Source of the DNA: Deinococcales bacterium
GTDB taxonomy: Bacteria > Deinococcota > Deinococci > Deinococcales > JAAFIG01
Direction of reading: 5' to 3'
Assembly (NCBI GenBank): GCA_031414595.1
Contig: JANNVX010000007.1
Span: 1 to 40,310, forward strand
Length of the DNA: 40,310 bases
The position numbers were made by a program, and so were the translations under genes. This document shows, in pieces, positions 1 to 8,619 of the stretch (its first letter is position 1; every line of letters starts with the position of its first letter). The notes below the pieces were generated by a model that saw only the letters and a program-made list of their open reading frames with translations, was not told the DNA's origin and did not search any database.

Positions 1-145
1 TGAAAGTATGGAAGTAAGGCTTGGAATTCTTTTTTGGTTAGTCCAGTCAGGGCTAAGAAGCGAGTTTTATTCTTGACGAGTTTGTCGTAATGCAGCACTC
101 GAATAGTTTATCCTAATTTCCGATAACGTCTAATATATAAAATAT

Positions 146-1021
146 CTAATTTATATATTGTTCCACTAAAATTGCACAATTATTTTGAGTTTCGTTGTTA
201 AATTTTATAAGTTTTCTGTATGATAAAATTTGATTTTTTACATAGAATTGAGAATTTTGATTGCCTTTAGTGTTTAATTCATCACGAAAAATTATTAAGC
301 CAAAACTGCTATTTTTACCAAGCTTTTTTGGGAAAGTTGTTGATATAAACTTGGTATTAAAGCCTTTTTCTAAGTTGTAATATACATTTTTTCCATAAAA
401 TACAACAATATTATTTATTTTTGAGTCAAAAGAAATGCTATTGATATTACTTCTAATATCATAATAATTTACTATTGCTGGAAAAAGTAGTGTAGTTGGG
501 GCAAAAGAATTATTATTTTTAAATTTAATGGCAGTTTCTAAATGCCTTTTATCAATGTATCCGAACACAGTTTGATCACCATAGACATCAGAATCGCACT
601 TTGCAGTTTCGATTTTTTGGTAAAAAATTTCTAACCTAATAGAAATGCTAATTTCTTTCTCAGCTAAAATAATTTGGCAGTCTTCTGATTTCAACGATAA
701 CAATTCAAAAAATATGAACTCCTTGGTTATTTTTTGAATTGTTATTTTTGAATTGCAAAAATTTTTAATAATAGGTTTGGTAAATCCGATGTTATAAAAT
801 CCAATTTGAGTCTTTTTCTTATCTAAATCTATGCTTATAAATCCATTTTTTATTTTTTTGTTAATATTTTTACTCGAATTATTAGAGTTTGTTTGATTAA
901 CTATACTATTTGTTTTTCTATTGCTTGATAAATGGTGGATAAATTTATTAAACAATAGAAAAACAAATGCCCCAATTGTAATTACAACCAGACTAATTTT
1001 GAGAAAATTTTTATAGTTCAT
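146..1021 (-). CDS. Hypothetical protein with a single N-terminal membrane anchor; very AT-rich; possible immunity/accessory partner of the upstream secreted protein
   Basis: 291-aa ORF, hydrophobic stretch at aa ~8-25, Asn/Lys/Ile-rich, AAGG upstream of ATG; no recognisable family motif. Confidence 0.7.
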   Translation of the reverse strand: MNYKNFLKISLVVITIGAFVFLLFNKFIHHLSSNRKTNSIVNQTNSNNSSKNINKKIKNGFISIDLDKKKTQIGFYNIGFTKPIIKNFCNSKITIQKITKEFIFFELLSLKSEDCQIILAEKEISISIRLEIFYQKIETAKCDSDVYGDQTVFGYIDKRHLETAIKFKNNNSFAPTTLLFPAIVNYYDIRSNINSISFDSKINNIVVFYGKNVYYNLEKGFNTKFISTTFPKKLGKNSSFGLIIFRDELNTKGNQNSQFYVKNQILSYRKLIKFNNETQNNCAILVEQYIN

Positions 1022-1164
1022 TCAATTGCCTTAATGGAACATACACTGACTTATCTTCTCATAACCGTGAGGTTTATTAAATTACATACATTTGACTTTC
1101 AAAGTCTCATGAAAGAATTTTAAACTAGATCAGTGGAATAGTAGTCAGTATGCTTTAAGTGTAT

Positions 1165-1821
1165 TTAGACTAGAGGACCAAGAGAATACGTTCTCATAGT
1201 TTGTGTATATCTAAAAGTATTCGTCCCAGCATATCCAACAGAAGTATTGGTGCTTATTCGCCAGTATGCCAAAAGCTTGCTTTCTGCCCAAGATTTTTTT
1301 ACTGTGGTGCGGTAAATATATTTTGTCCCTCTAGGTGGTAAAACAGCACTGACTGTAACACCCTGACATTGTACAGCAACACCGATTGATATACCGGCTG
1401 GTATAGAGAAACCAGCAGCAGAGTCCAAGACTACTGTACAACCATCTGAGTAATACTTTGACTTGGGCTGTGATGAAAATGCGTCAGGATTCCACAGGGA
1501 ATCCCCTGTATATGCATCACTTTCAAGTGTAGTTATTACTTCATCAGATATAATAGTTTGAGAAACTTGTAATGAACAATCTGGATTTTGAACATAACAT
1601 CCCCCAGGTTCTCCTCCATCCCCTGGATCAATCACTACAACTGGGTCACTACTGCCCCCACCACCACCTGCACCAAACTCGCTCTTCAACTCTTCTATGC
1701 CAATTGCTTTGACCGCTAAGCGTTTGCTTTGGCTGGCTGCCATAGCTGGTATAAACGCTGCGCCTTGGGTGGCAACAATAGTTGCCAAAAGAATTCTTAC
1801 TGCTCGAGACCAGAATTTCAT
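1165..1821 (-). CDS. Secreted hypothetical protein (signal peptide, poly-Gly linker, Cys-containing beta-rich C-terminal domain)
   Basis: Start reassigned to ATG at 1821 (GGGGG upstream); MKFWSRAVRILLATIVATQGAAFIPAMA resembles a Sec signal peptide with an A-x-A site. Confidence 0.75.
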   Translation of the reverse strand: MKFWSRAVRILLATIVATQGAAFIPAMAASQSKRLAVKAIGIEELKSEFGAGGGGGSSDPVVVIDPGDGGEPGGCYVQNPDCSLQVSQTIISDEVITTLESDAYTGDSLWNPDAFSSQPKSKYYSDGCTVVLDSAAGFSIPAGISIGVAVQCQGVTVSAVLPPRGTKYIYRTTVKKSWAESKLLAYWRISTNTSVGYAGTNTFRYTQTMRTYSLGPLV

Positions 1822-1917
1822 TGTTGTACCCCCAAAAATGGTTTTCAGCACTGCGAAGACTGGTCAGGCTGATACAGCAGTTTTACACATCAATTACTAA
1901 TCTCCGAGTTACCTTGT

Positions 1918-1953
1918 TCACATGACCAAAGTAACGTTACTTTGGTCATGTGA
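1918..1953. promoter_or_regulatory. 36-bp perfect palindrome, candidate operator upstream of the secreted-protein gene
   Basis: TCACATGACCAAAGTAAC|GTTACTTTGGTCATGTGA; a third degenerate half-site GTTACCTTGTTCA lies at 1908-1920. Confidence 0.6.
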
Positions 1954-1977
1954 CTTCCTATAAAGCCGTTGTACACC

Positions 1978-2223
1978 TTATTTCTCGCTCGAGTCAGACT
2001 GATTAGCAAAGTGCATTTTGTGAAATTCGGCTAGGTTGGTGCGTCGGCTTAATGGTTTGGTACTAAAGGCAGCCAGTTTTAGACGAATCGTGGTTAAACA
2101 ATTTTTAACTGTTCCTTTGGAATTGCCAAGTCGTTCGGCAATCTCGAGGTCGCTTTGACCTTCGGCGAGGTGACGCAGGGTTTCGAGTTCTCGAGCTGTC
2201 AGGATTGGTTTTTTATCGGTCAT
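1978..2223 (-). CDS. Stand-alone LuxR/GerE-type HTH transcriptional regulator
   Basis: LTARELETLRHLAEGQSDLEIAERLGNSKGTVKNCL matches the LuxR HTH pattern. Confidence 0.85.
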   Translation of the reverse strand: MTDKKPILTARELETLRHLAEGQSDLEIAERLGNSKGTVKNCLTTIRLKLAAFSTKPLSRRTNLAEFHKMHFANQSDSSEK

Positions 2224-2226
2224 GAT

Positions 2227-2316
2227 TCACACCCTGTTGCCTACGAGATTTGTGCTGTGCTGTGCTGTGCTGTGCTGTGCTGTGCTGTGCTGTGCTGTGC
2301 TGTGCTGAATTTTCAT
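2227..2316 (-). CDS. Short upstream ORF MKIQHSTAQHSTAQHSTAQHSTNLVGNRV spanning the pentanucleotide repeat
   Basis: GGGAGG RBS at 2326-2331 (minus strand) before ATG at 2316; TGA stop 3 nt before the LuxR ATG. Confidence 0.5.
   Translation of the reverse strand: MKIQHSTAQHSTAQHSTAQHSTNLVGNRV
2251..2307. repeat. Simple sequence repeat (TGTGC)11, i.e. (GCACA)11 on the minus strand
   Basis: Eleven perfect copies plus TG, read directly from the sequence. Confidence 0.97.
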
Positions 2317-2382
2317 AAGAGGTTTCCTCCCGTCAATTGACTCGAGCGGGTTTTTGGTCTCGAGCTTGCAGCATTATGCACA

Positions 2383-2426
2383 AGTTGTGAATTTTTGTAT
2401 ATTCACAACTGTAATATTACAGTTGT
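2383..2426. promoter_or_regulatory. Overlapping inverted repeats, candidate operator upstream of the uORF/LuxR unit
   Basis: Perfect 22-bp palindrome ACAACTGTAATATTACAGTTGT (2405-2426) overlapping AGTTGTGAAT-N8-ATTCACAACT (2383-2410). Confidence 0.55.
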
Positions 2427-2487
2427 CATACTTTGATTAAAGATGTCTTTCACGGTGTTATTTTTTTGAACTGGGTTTATTTTGTGC

Positions 2488-3216
2488 TTACCAATCATAA
2501 TTAATTTGAGCAAGGAAGGCAATCGCTTTTTCGCGTTGCTCTGGTTTATAACCAAATAGTGCCATCAAAAATTTCAGTCGTTTCTCGGCGGCTTGGTTTT
2601 CGTTTTCTTGTAATTCCAAAGCAGGTTTTGGTTTTCTGGCTTCCAAGTACCAAAAACGCAGTAAGTACATACTCCCGTTGTAGTACCGAGCGATATGCTG
2701 GTCGGTGCTGAAGTCAAAATCAGGATGAACTGTTTTTAACTTTGGTTTGATGTCTTTGGTCAGTTGATTACGAATTGTGCCGTAACTTTTGCCTAATAAG
2801 ACACCAATTTGTCTTTGACTTTTCCCTTCGGCTACAAGTCGAATAATTGTTTTTTCTTGGGGTGTTAAGTTGGCTTTGGGTTCTGGTATTTGGTAAAAAG
2901 GCTGGTTATTGGCAACTGCTTCTACGGCTTGGGCTATTTGGACTGTACTTGGATTAAACACTATGGCTTTTGCATCAAAGGTACTTAGGTATTCTAAGTA
3001 TTCTGGGCAGGGGTTATGGCTAAAATAAATGCGTTTAGGATGCGGCTCGAGGGTTTCTAATTGGTGAAGCAAATACCCTTGTGAGTCATCAAAAATAATT
3101 TGAATATCACCACCACTGCCAAATACCAAATGATAAGGATGGTCTTTCAAAGCAACTTGAACAGCTTCAAAAAAAATCCTATGAGTGAGCAGAACAGCAA
3201 CGGTTATTTTGGGCAT
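2488..3216 (-). CDS. Atypical NarL/LuxR-family regulator (degenerate receiver-like domain, HTH, C-terminal extension)
   Basis: LTPQEKTIIRLVAEGKSQRQIGVLLGKSYGTIRNQL HTH; N-terminal domain with NPCPEYLE motif lacks a canonical acidic pocket. Confidence 0.8.
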   Translation of the reverse strand: MPKITVAVLLTHRIFFEAVQVALKDHPYHLVFGSGGDIQIIFDDSQGYLLHQLETLEPHPKRIYFSHNPCPEYLEYLSTFDAKAIVFNPSTVQIAQAVEAVANNQPFYQIPEPKANLTPQEKTIIRLVAEGKSQRQIGVLLGKSYGTIRNQLTKDIKPKLKTVHPDFDFSTDQHIARYYNGSMYLLRFWYLEARKPKPALELQENENQAAEKRLKFLMALFGYKPEQREKAIAFLAQINYDW

Positions 3217-3301
3217 GGCTGAACGTAAGTTTAACCCTAGACTGACTTTAAGAACAGTTGCAAAGCTGCGGGTTCAGAAGCGCAACCCTCGAGATACCTA
3301 A

Positions 3302-4255
3302 TTAACGCCGTGGCATCAGGGGCAAGTGCAATTTTGCAAAGGCTTCGCGGTATTCTTTTTCCTCGAGTCCACGCCCGATAATTACCAAACTCGAGTTGCC
3401 TTGGTGACGCTGCGCTCCTTTGGTGACTTTGACAATTTCGCGCACCGCTTGGAAAATAATTTCATCTGGGATTTGCCGAAACGCCAAGAAGCCTTTTGCC
3501 CTAAACACATTGCCCGGTCTAGCAAGAATTTTTTCTTCCATAAAGGCATTCCATGCCATTGCATCCAGTGGTTCGGCTTGATGTAGACTAAAGGTGGCGA
3601 TATTTTTGCTGTGGGTGTGTTCGTGTCCGCTTGGTTGCCATTCGGAATCAAAGGCAGCTTGCTCGAGGTGGGCTTTGGCATCCACTGTGGCATTGATGCT
3701 TTCGGTAACGACCCCGAGTGGATTGAGTTGACGCACCAAATTTCTTGCCGTCTCGAGTTGTTGTGGTGTGGCTAGGTCGGTTTTGTTGAGAACTATGCTG
3801 CTGGCGTATGCCAGTTGGACTGCACCTTCGGGGACTTCTTGCAGGGTTTGCTCTAAGTTACGGGCATCGGCTACCCCAATAATCCCGTCTAAATCAAAAA
3901 TGTGACGTAACTGTGGCTCGAGAACCGTTTGCGCCACAGGTACGGGGTCGGCAAGTCCAGAGAGTTCGACCAATAAATGCTGTGGTGGGTTTTTACGCAA
4001 ACTCAGTTTCAGCATTGCTTCTGCCAAGTCGTCACGCCCAGCGCAACACAAGCAACCATCGGAAAATTCAGTCACGCCGTCTTCGTCCATATTTTCGATT
4101 AACGCGCCATCCACGTTAATATCGCCAAATTCATTGACGATTACGCCAAAGCGTTTGCCCCCAGTTTTAATCAGATGATTGACCAAAGTGGTTTTACCCG
4201 CCCCCAAAAAGCCACCAATCACGGTAACGGGAATTTTATGCTTAAAAGAGAACAT
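3302..4255 (-). CDS. CobW/COG0523-family metallochaperone GTPase
   Basis: GFLGAGKTT Walker A, NEFG, GCLCC, ELSG, NKTD, HEHTH linker, RAKG in C-terminal domain; ATG 4255 preceded by TAGTCT-N6. Confidence 0.93.
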   Translation of the reverse strand: MFSFKHKIPVTVIGGFLGAGKTTLVNHLIKTGGKRFGVIVNEFGDINVDGALIENMDEDGVTEFSDGCLCCAGRDDLAEAMLKLSLRKNPPQHLLVELSGLADPVPVAQTVLEPQLRHIFDLDGIIGVADARNLEQTLQEVPEGAVQLAYASSIVLNKTDLATPQQLETARNLVRQLNPLGVVTESINATVDAKAHLEQAAFDSEWQPSGHEHTHSKNIATFSLHQAEPLDAMAWNAFMEEKILARPGNVFRAKGFLAFRQIPDEIIFQAVREIVKVTKGAQRHQGNSSLVIIGRGLEEKEYREAFAKLHLPLMPRR

Positions 4256-4368
4256 CGGCAAAGACTAATGGACAATGATGTGAAACAAGCAATAGAATAG
4301 GCTACGGGGGGTGAATCGTGTAAAATCACGATTCGTAACGGTTTTTTGACGAAAGGAAATGCTCTGAT

Positions 4369-7158
4369 ATGAATTGGCTCGAGTTACTGTACACAATCAG
4401 CGCATTGTTTATTTTACTTTGGTTGCATAGTCGGCGGGTTTCTTGGGGACGGATTCCCTTTTTATTTGGCTTGGGTTTTATGGTCACGGCTGTTTGGTTA
4501 CTCGAGCAGTTGTATACCGAGATGTGGCTGACTGATGGTTTGTATTTTGTACTGCAAGCGGCTTTAATCATTGATTATCTGCTGGAAAAAACCACCACTT
4601 GGCGAATGACGGTACTGATGACCGCTTTGGTTGGTTCAATACTGGCACTTTTTGATAACTCTGGGACTTTACTCAGTTTAGGTATCACCATGCCGCAACA
4701 AAGTTTGGTTGGTTGGCATAGTGTGTTTTTGCTGGGTGTGGCTGCCACTGTTACTCTATTTGATGTCTTACTGAAACCCCTTGGTTTAACTCGGATTGTC
4801 AGTTTAATGGCAATTTTACCTCTAGGCACATGGTTTTGGTGGAACGCCTGGGCGCGTCCATATACTTTAGAAGCCCAAATTTTGCTGTTGTTGGTGACTT
4901 TTGTGGCACTGGCGATGTATTTAGAACGCAGCAACCCAAGACAGACGATGCCAGAATCTCAGGTTGTGGCGTATCAAAATTTACTTGGTACACTCGAACA
5001 ACTGGCAAACCCGAGTAAAAGTCGGCAAAGTGCCGAAAGTGATTTGGTCACGACCCTTTTTGGCACGGCTCGAGTCATGGCAAGTGGCAGCAGCGATAAT
5101 GAACTTTGGGAAAAACTTTTGAGTACCGCCGTACTGCTTGTACCGGGGGCGGAGGGTGGCAGTTTGCGTTTACGAAGTAGTGTTGGTTTTCGGTTTGTCG
5201 CCCAACAAGGCTATAACCAAAATCTAATGGAATTAGAATTAAGCGAAAAAAATGCTCGAGAGTGGCATGGCGATGCTTTGGCATGGCATCGGGGCGAACC
5301 ACGAATTGCCCGTCAGCCCGAAGTGCTGCTGGGTTTAAGCAGCCAAGAGCAACAACAAATTCTACAAAACAAACGGATTCGTGCCAATTTATATTTGCCC
5401 GTGTTGGTCGGCAATGAAGTCGTGGCGGACTTAAATTTGGATAGTTTTAGCAATGAAATGGCTTTTAATGATGATTCGATTCGGGCAGCACGGCAATTTG
5501 CGGTTCAAATGGGAGCGCTGATGTCTGCCCAACGCGAACGCAAAGAACTCGAGGCTCGACTTCGTGAATTTGCCTCCTTAGAAGCAGTTGCCGAAGCGCT
5601 GCATGATGCCAGAACCCCAAGCCGAATTGCCGAAAGTGTTCTCGAGCAGGCAACTATTTTACTGAATGTGCCGCACAGTGCTTTTTTACTGGTTTCCAGC
5701 GATGGTCAGCTTTTAAGGGTTTTATCGGTTCGTGGTTTATTTGAAAATATGATTAGTCATGGTGTTCCTCGAGGACAGGGTTTATCTTGGGCGGCGCTTG
5801 AAGCCAGAGGCACAATTTACTCGGCGGATGTACAGCGTGACCCCCGTTCTTTTGACCCAACGCCCCATATTCGGGTACCAGCCCATTGTCAATTGACTGT
5901 TCCAATTTTAGATTCAAGTGGCGCACCACTTGGCGCATTGTTGGTGGCAAGAAATTTACCTGAGCAATTCACCAACCTCGACCAACGCCTGACCGAAGTG
6001 ATTGCCAAAGTCTCTGGCAGTGCCTTAGAGCGTATCCGTGCCACCGAGAACTTAGAACGCCAAGTCTTTGAAAGTCGCAATTTGCTCAATTTAGCCCGTT
6101 TACTCGAGGGCAACGACAGCCAAGCCTTGGAGAACGCCCTTGAACGGGTACGGCAATTGGCAATAGCAGATGCTGCCGTGTTACTACGCAACGAAAATGA
6201 TGCTTTAAGCCTGCAAATTCTGGTCGGTAAAACCCCGACTGAAGATACGATTGCTAAAAGCCTAAAACTCGAGCCGTTAATGGTTTGGGCAAGACAACCG
6301 GTGCAACGCAGTCTCGAGTTGAGTGCCGAAGTGATTGGCTTAACGATGCGTCAAATTGGGGTGCGCTCGATGTTGGCTTCGATGCTTGACAGTGGCGGGA
6401 CGCTGCTCGGCACGCTGGTGGTCTACCGCTTTGACCAAACAGGTTGGAATGCCAGTGAAAAAGCCTTGATTGCGGCGGCTGGCGGGATGATTGGGGCGCT
6501 GTTATCGCGCTTAGAACGCTTAGAAACCTTGGAGGCAGCCTATGAGGGTTCGCTCGCCATGATTGGTAAATCCTTAGAAATGCGTGATCTCGAGACTGGC
6601 AACCACACCGAACGGGTCACACAAATGGCAGTACAAATGGCACGGGCATTAAATTTAAGCGAAGCAGAAGTTCGGGCGATTCGTTGGGGGGCGTACTTAC
6701 ACGATGTTGGTAAATTTGCAATTTCTGATTCGGTGCTGCGTAAACCCGGTAAACTCGATGGTGCAGAACGCTTACTGATTCAAGAACACCCACAAAATGG
6801 CTATGACTTGATTAAAGACATTCCTTTTTTACCCTTAATCACCAAACATGTGGTTTTGTACCACCATGAACGCTGGGATGGGACTGGCTACCCAACCCGA
6901 TTAGCCAATGAAGATATTCCCTTGGCAGCCCGTATTTTTGCGGTTTGCGATGTTTTTGATGCGCTGCAAAGTAAACGCACCTATAAGGAAGCCTTTACCT
7001 TAGAGCGCACCTTAGCCGAATTGTACTCGAGCGCCCATAACGGACATTTAGAATTGCGTTTGGTGCGTTTACTTGAACGAATCCTCAAGGAAAACAGTGC
7101 TGTCCTGAGCAGCAGTTCAGCCAGTCTCGTCAGACCCACGGGTATACTCGAGCCGTGA
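4369..7158 (+). CDS. Membrane-bound multi-GAF HD-GYP phosphodiesterase (cyclic dinucleotide signalling)
   Basis: N-terminal TM helices, GAF-like repeats, LHDVGK and HHERWDGTGYP motifs. Confidence 0.92.
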   Translation: MNWLELLYTISALFILLWLHSRRVSWGRIPFLFGLGFMVTAVWLLEQLYTEMWLTDGLYFVLQAALIIDYLLEKTTTWRMTVLMTALVGSILALFDNSGTLLSLGITMPQQSLVGWHSVFLLGVAATVTLFDVLLKPLGLTRIVSLMAILPLGTWFWWNAWARPYTLEAQILLLLVTFVALAMYLERSNPRQTMPESQVVAYQNLLGTLEQLANPSKSRQSAESDLVTTLFGTARVMASGSSDNELWEKLLSTAVLLVPGAEGGSLRLRSSVGFRFVAQQGYNQNLMELELSEKNAREWHGDALAWHRGEPRIARQPEVLLGLSSQEQQQILQNKRIRANLYLPVLVGNEVVADLNLDSFSNEMAFNDDSIRAARQFAVQMGALMSAQRERKELEARLREFASLEAVAEALHDARTPSRIAESVLEQATILLNVPHSAFLLVSSDGQLLRVLSVRGLFENMISHGVPRGQGLSWAALEARGTIYSADVQRDPRSFDPTPHIRVPAHCQLTVPILDSSGAPLGALLVARNLPEQFTNLDQRLTEVIAKVSGSALERIRATENLERQVFESRNLLNLARLLEGNDSQALENALERVRQLAIADAAVLLRNENDALSLQILVGKTPTEDTIAKSLKLEPLMVWARQPVQRSLELSAEVIGLTMRQIGVRSMLASMLDSGGTLLGTLVVYRFDQTGWNASEKALIAAAGGMIGALLSRLERLETLEAAYEGSLAMIGKSLEMRDLETGNHTERVTQMAVQMARALNLSEAEVRAIRWGAYLHDVGKFAISDSVLRKPGKLDGAERLLIQEHPQNGYDLIKDIPFLPLITKHVVLYHHERWDGTGYPTRLANEDIPLAARIFAVCDVFDALQSKRTYKEAFTLERTLAELYSSAHNGHLELRLVRLLERILKENSAVLSSSSASLVRPTGILEP

Positions 7159-7526
7159 TTATTGCCATTGGGGTTGACTTAATAGAACTGCACCGAATCG
7201 AAAAGATTTTATCTTCTAGTTCTGGGGAACGGTTTTTAGAGCGCACCTTTAGCAAAGTAGAACTCGAGTATTGCCTAGCTAAGAAAAATCCCGTGCCGAG
7301 TTTAGCGGCTCGCTTTGCAGCCAAAGAAGCTTTTCAAAAAACATGGTTTGAATCGCACGGTTGGCAAGATGTTTGGGTCGAATTTGAGGGAGTTAGACCA
7401 GTCATCAAAGTCTGTTCTGGTTTAGAAAAAATTATGCTCGAGAGGCACTGGAAAGCCCATTTGAGTTTGTCGCATACCTTGGAGAATGCTGTAGCTACTG
7501 TACTGCTGGAATCCTTGGAACGCTGA
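7155..7526 (+). CDS. acpS: Holo-[acyl-carrier-protein] synthase (4'-phosphopantetheinyl transferase)
   Basis: IGVDLIE, LAARFAAKEAFQK, HLSLSHT motifs; GTG start overlaps the upstream stop. Confidence 0.95.
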   Translation: MIIAIGVDLIELHRIEKILSSSSGERFLERTFSKVELEYCLAKKNPVPSLAARFAAKEAFQKTWFESHGWQDVWVEFEGVRPVIKVCSGLEKIMLERHWKAHLSLSHTLENAVATVLLESLER

Positions 7527-7604
7527 GCCAAGTTTCTATGGAACGCTGAGCCAAGTTTCTATGGAACGCTGCCCTTAAATTCTTGGAACGTTTTTGGAAC
7601 GCTG
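7516..7604 (+). repeat. Phased TGGAACG direct repeats including a 23-bp tandem duplication, upstream of the lipoprotein gene
   Basis: TGGAACG at 7516, 7539, 7562, 7584 and 7595; TGGAACGCTGAGCCAAGTTTCTA occurs twice in tandem. Confidence 0.85.
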
Positions 7605-7657
7605 CTGTTTGTAGATTGTGTTTCGTTAGTAGAGCTAAGCGCTCGAAAAGGAGATTT

Positions 7658-8575
7658 ATGACAAAGGTATTCAAATTGGCATTGGCAATCGCGTTCGGAG
7701 CAAGTTTAATGGCGTGTGGAACAACAACACCTTCAGAAACAAACTCGAGTCCCGCCGTGGTTGAAGAAAATCAGGCTTCGGGTGATTTGGCTGCCGATGA
7801 TGCCGAAGAACTGGCTGATACCCTCGGGTTTTCGGATAGCGTGGCGGTTGGTTTTAGCACGGGTGTGACTGTCCAGAGCATTGGCTTACTGATGCTTCCA
7901 ACTGGTTGCCGTAGTGTTACGGCTGGTTCGTTTAGTACCGACACCGATGCCGATAATATCCCCGATAGTGTCACGGTTTCATTTGACAAAACCCTGTGTT
8001 TACGCAATTTGCCCGGTGGTGGCACAATCACTCGAGGTGGTAGCAAAACCATTGCGGATACCAGCCCAAGTAATGACCGCAATCACTCCGAAACCCTTGC
8101 AAATCTCGAGACCATCTGGACTCGCACGATTAACAACAAAGCTGTGGTTTGGACAAGCACCCGCAATGGGACTCGTAATATCGCCCAAGGGACAGCCACC
8201 AGTTTGTCTCGAGTCCATAATGTCAGTGGGACTTCGGTTCGCAGTGTGGATGGCGTGACCAACACCAATATTGCTTGGACAAATCAACTGACCTTTGCTT
8301 ACACCGCCGAGGCAGGCAGCACGATCAGCAACACCGCCCAATTACCCAATGGCACAGTTGTGTTAAGTGGCATCTGGAAATCTCAACGCGGCACTCGAGC
8401 CGAACGCAATTTTAGTGCTTCAAGTAGTGGCTTGGTGTTTAAGAACCGTGCAACTTGTGCTACAAACCGTTTAACGGCGGGTTCGATTACTTTAGAAGAC
8501 AGCAAAAGCACCATTGTGATTACTTTCCAAGGTTGTGGTATTGCCCCAGCAATCAGTAACACACCAAAACCATAA
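7658..8575 (+). CDS. Ser/Thr-rich lipoprotein of unknown function
   Basis: AAGGAG RBS before ATG 7658; lipobox LMAC; beta-rich body. Confidence 0.85.
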   Translation: MTKVFKLALAIAFGASLMACGTTTPSETNSSPAVVEENQASGDLAADDAEELADTLGFSDSVAVGFSTGVTVQSIGLLMLPTGCRSVTAGSFSTDTDADNIPDSVTVSFDKTLCLRNLPGGGTITRGGSKTIADTSPSNDRNHSETLANLETIWTRTINNKAVVWTSTRNGTRNIAQGTATSLSRVHNVSGTSVRSVDGVTNTNIAWTNQLTFAYTAEAGSTISNTAQLPNGTVVLSGIWKSQRGTRAERNFSASSSGLVFKNRATCATNRLTAGSITLEDSKSTIVITFQGCGIAPAISNTPKP

Positions 8576-8588
8576 AATTTTTGGCTTT

Positions 8589-8619
8589 AAGAACCTCCTC
8601 AAGTCTCGAGGAGGTTCTT
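8589..8619. terminator. Hairpin between convergent genes, likely terminator
   Basis: AAGAACCTCCTC-N7-GAGGAGGTTCTT, 12-bp stem. Confidence 0.65.

Noticed and set aside
2155-2340. 61-aa plus-strand ORF with CCAVL repeats
   Set aside because: It is only the reverse reading of the pentanucleotide repeat, antisense to the LuxR gene and without an RBS
7516-7604. Possible mini-CRISPR array
   Set aside because: Units are 23 bp in total with identical intervening sequence, no unique spacers and no cas genes
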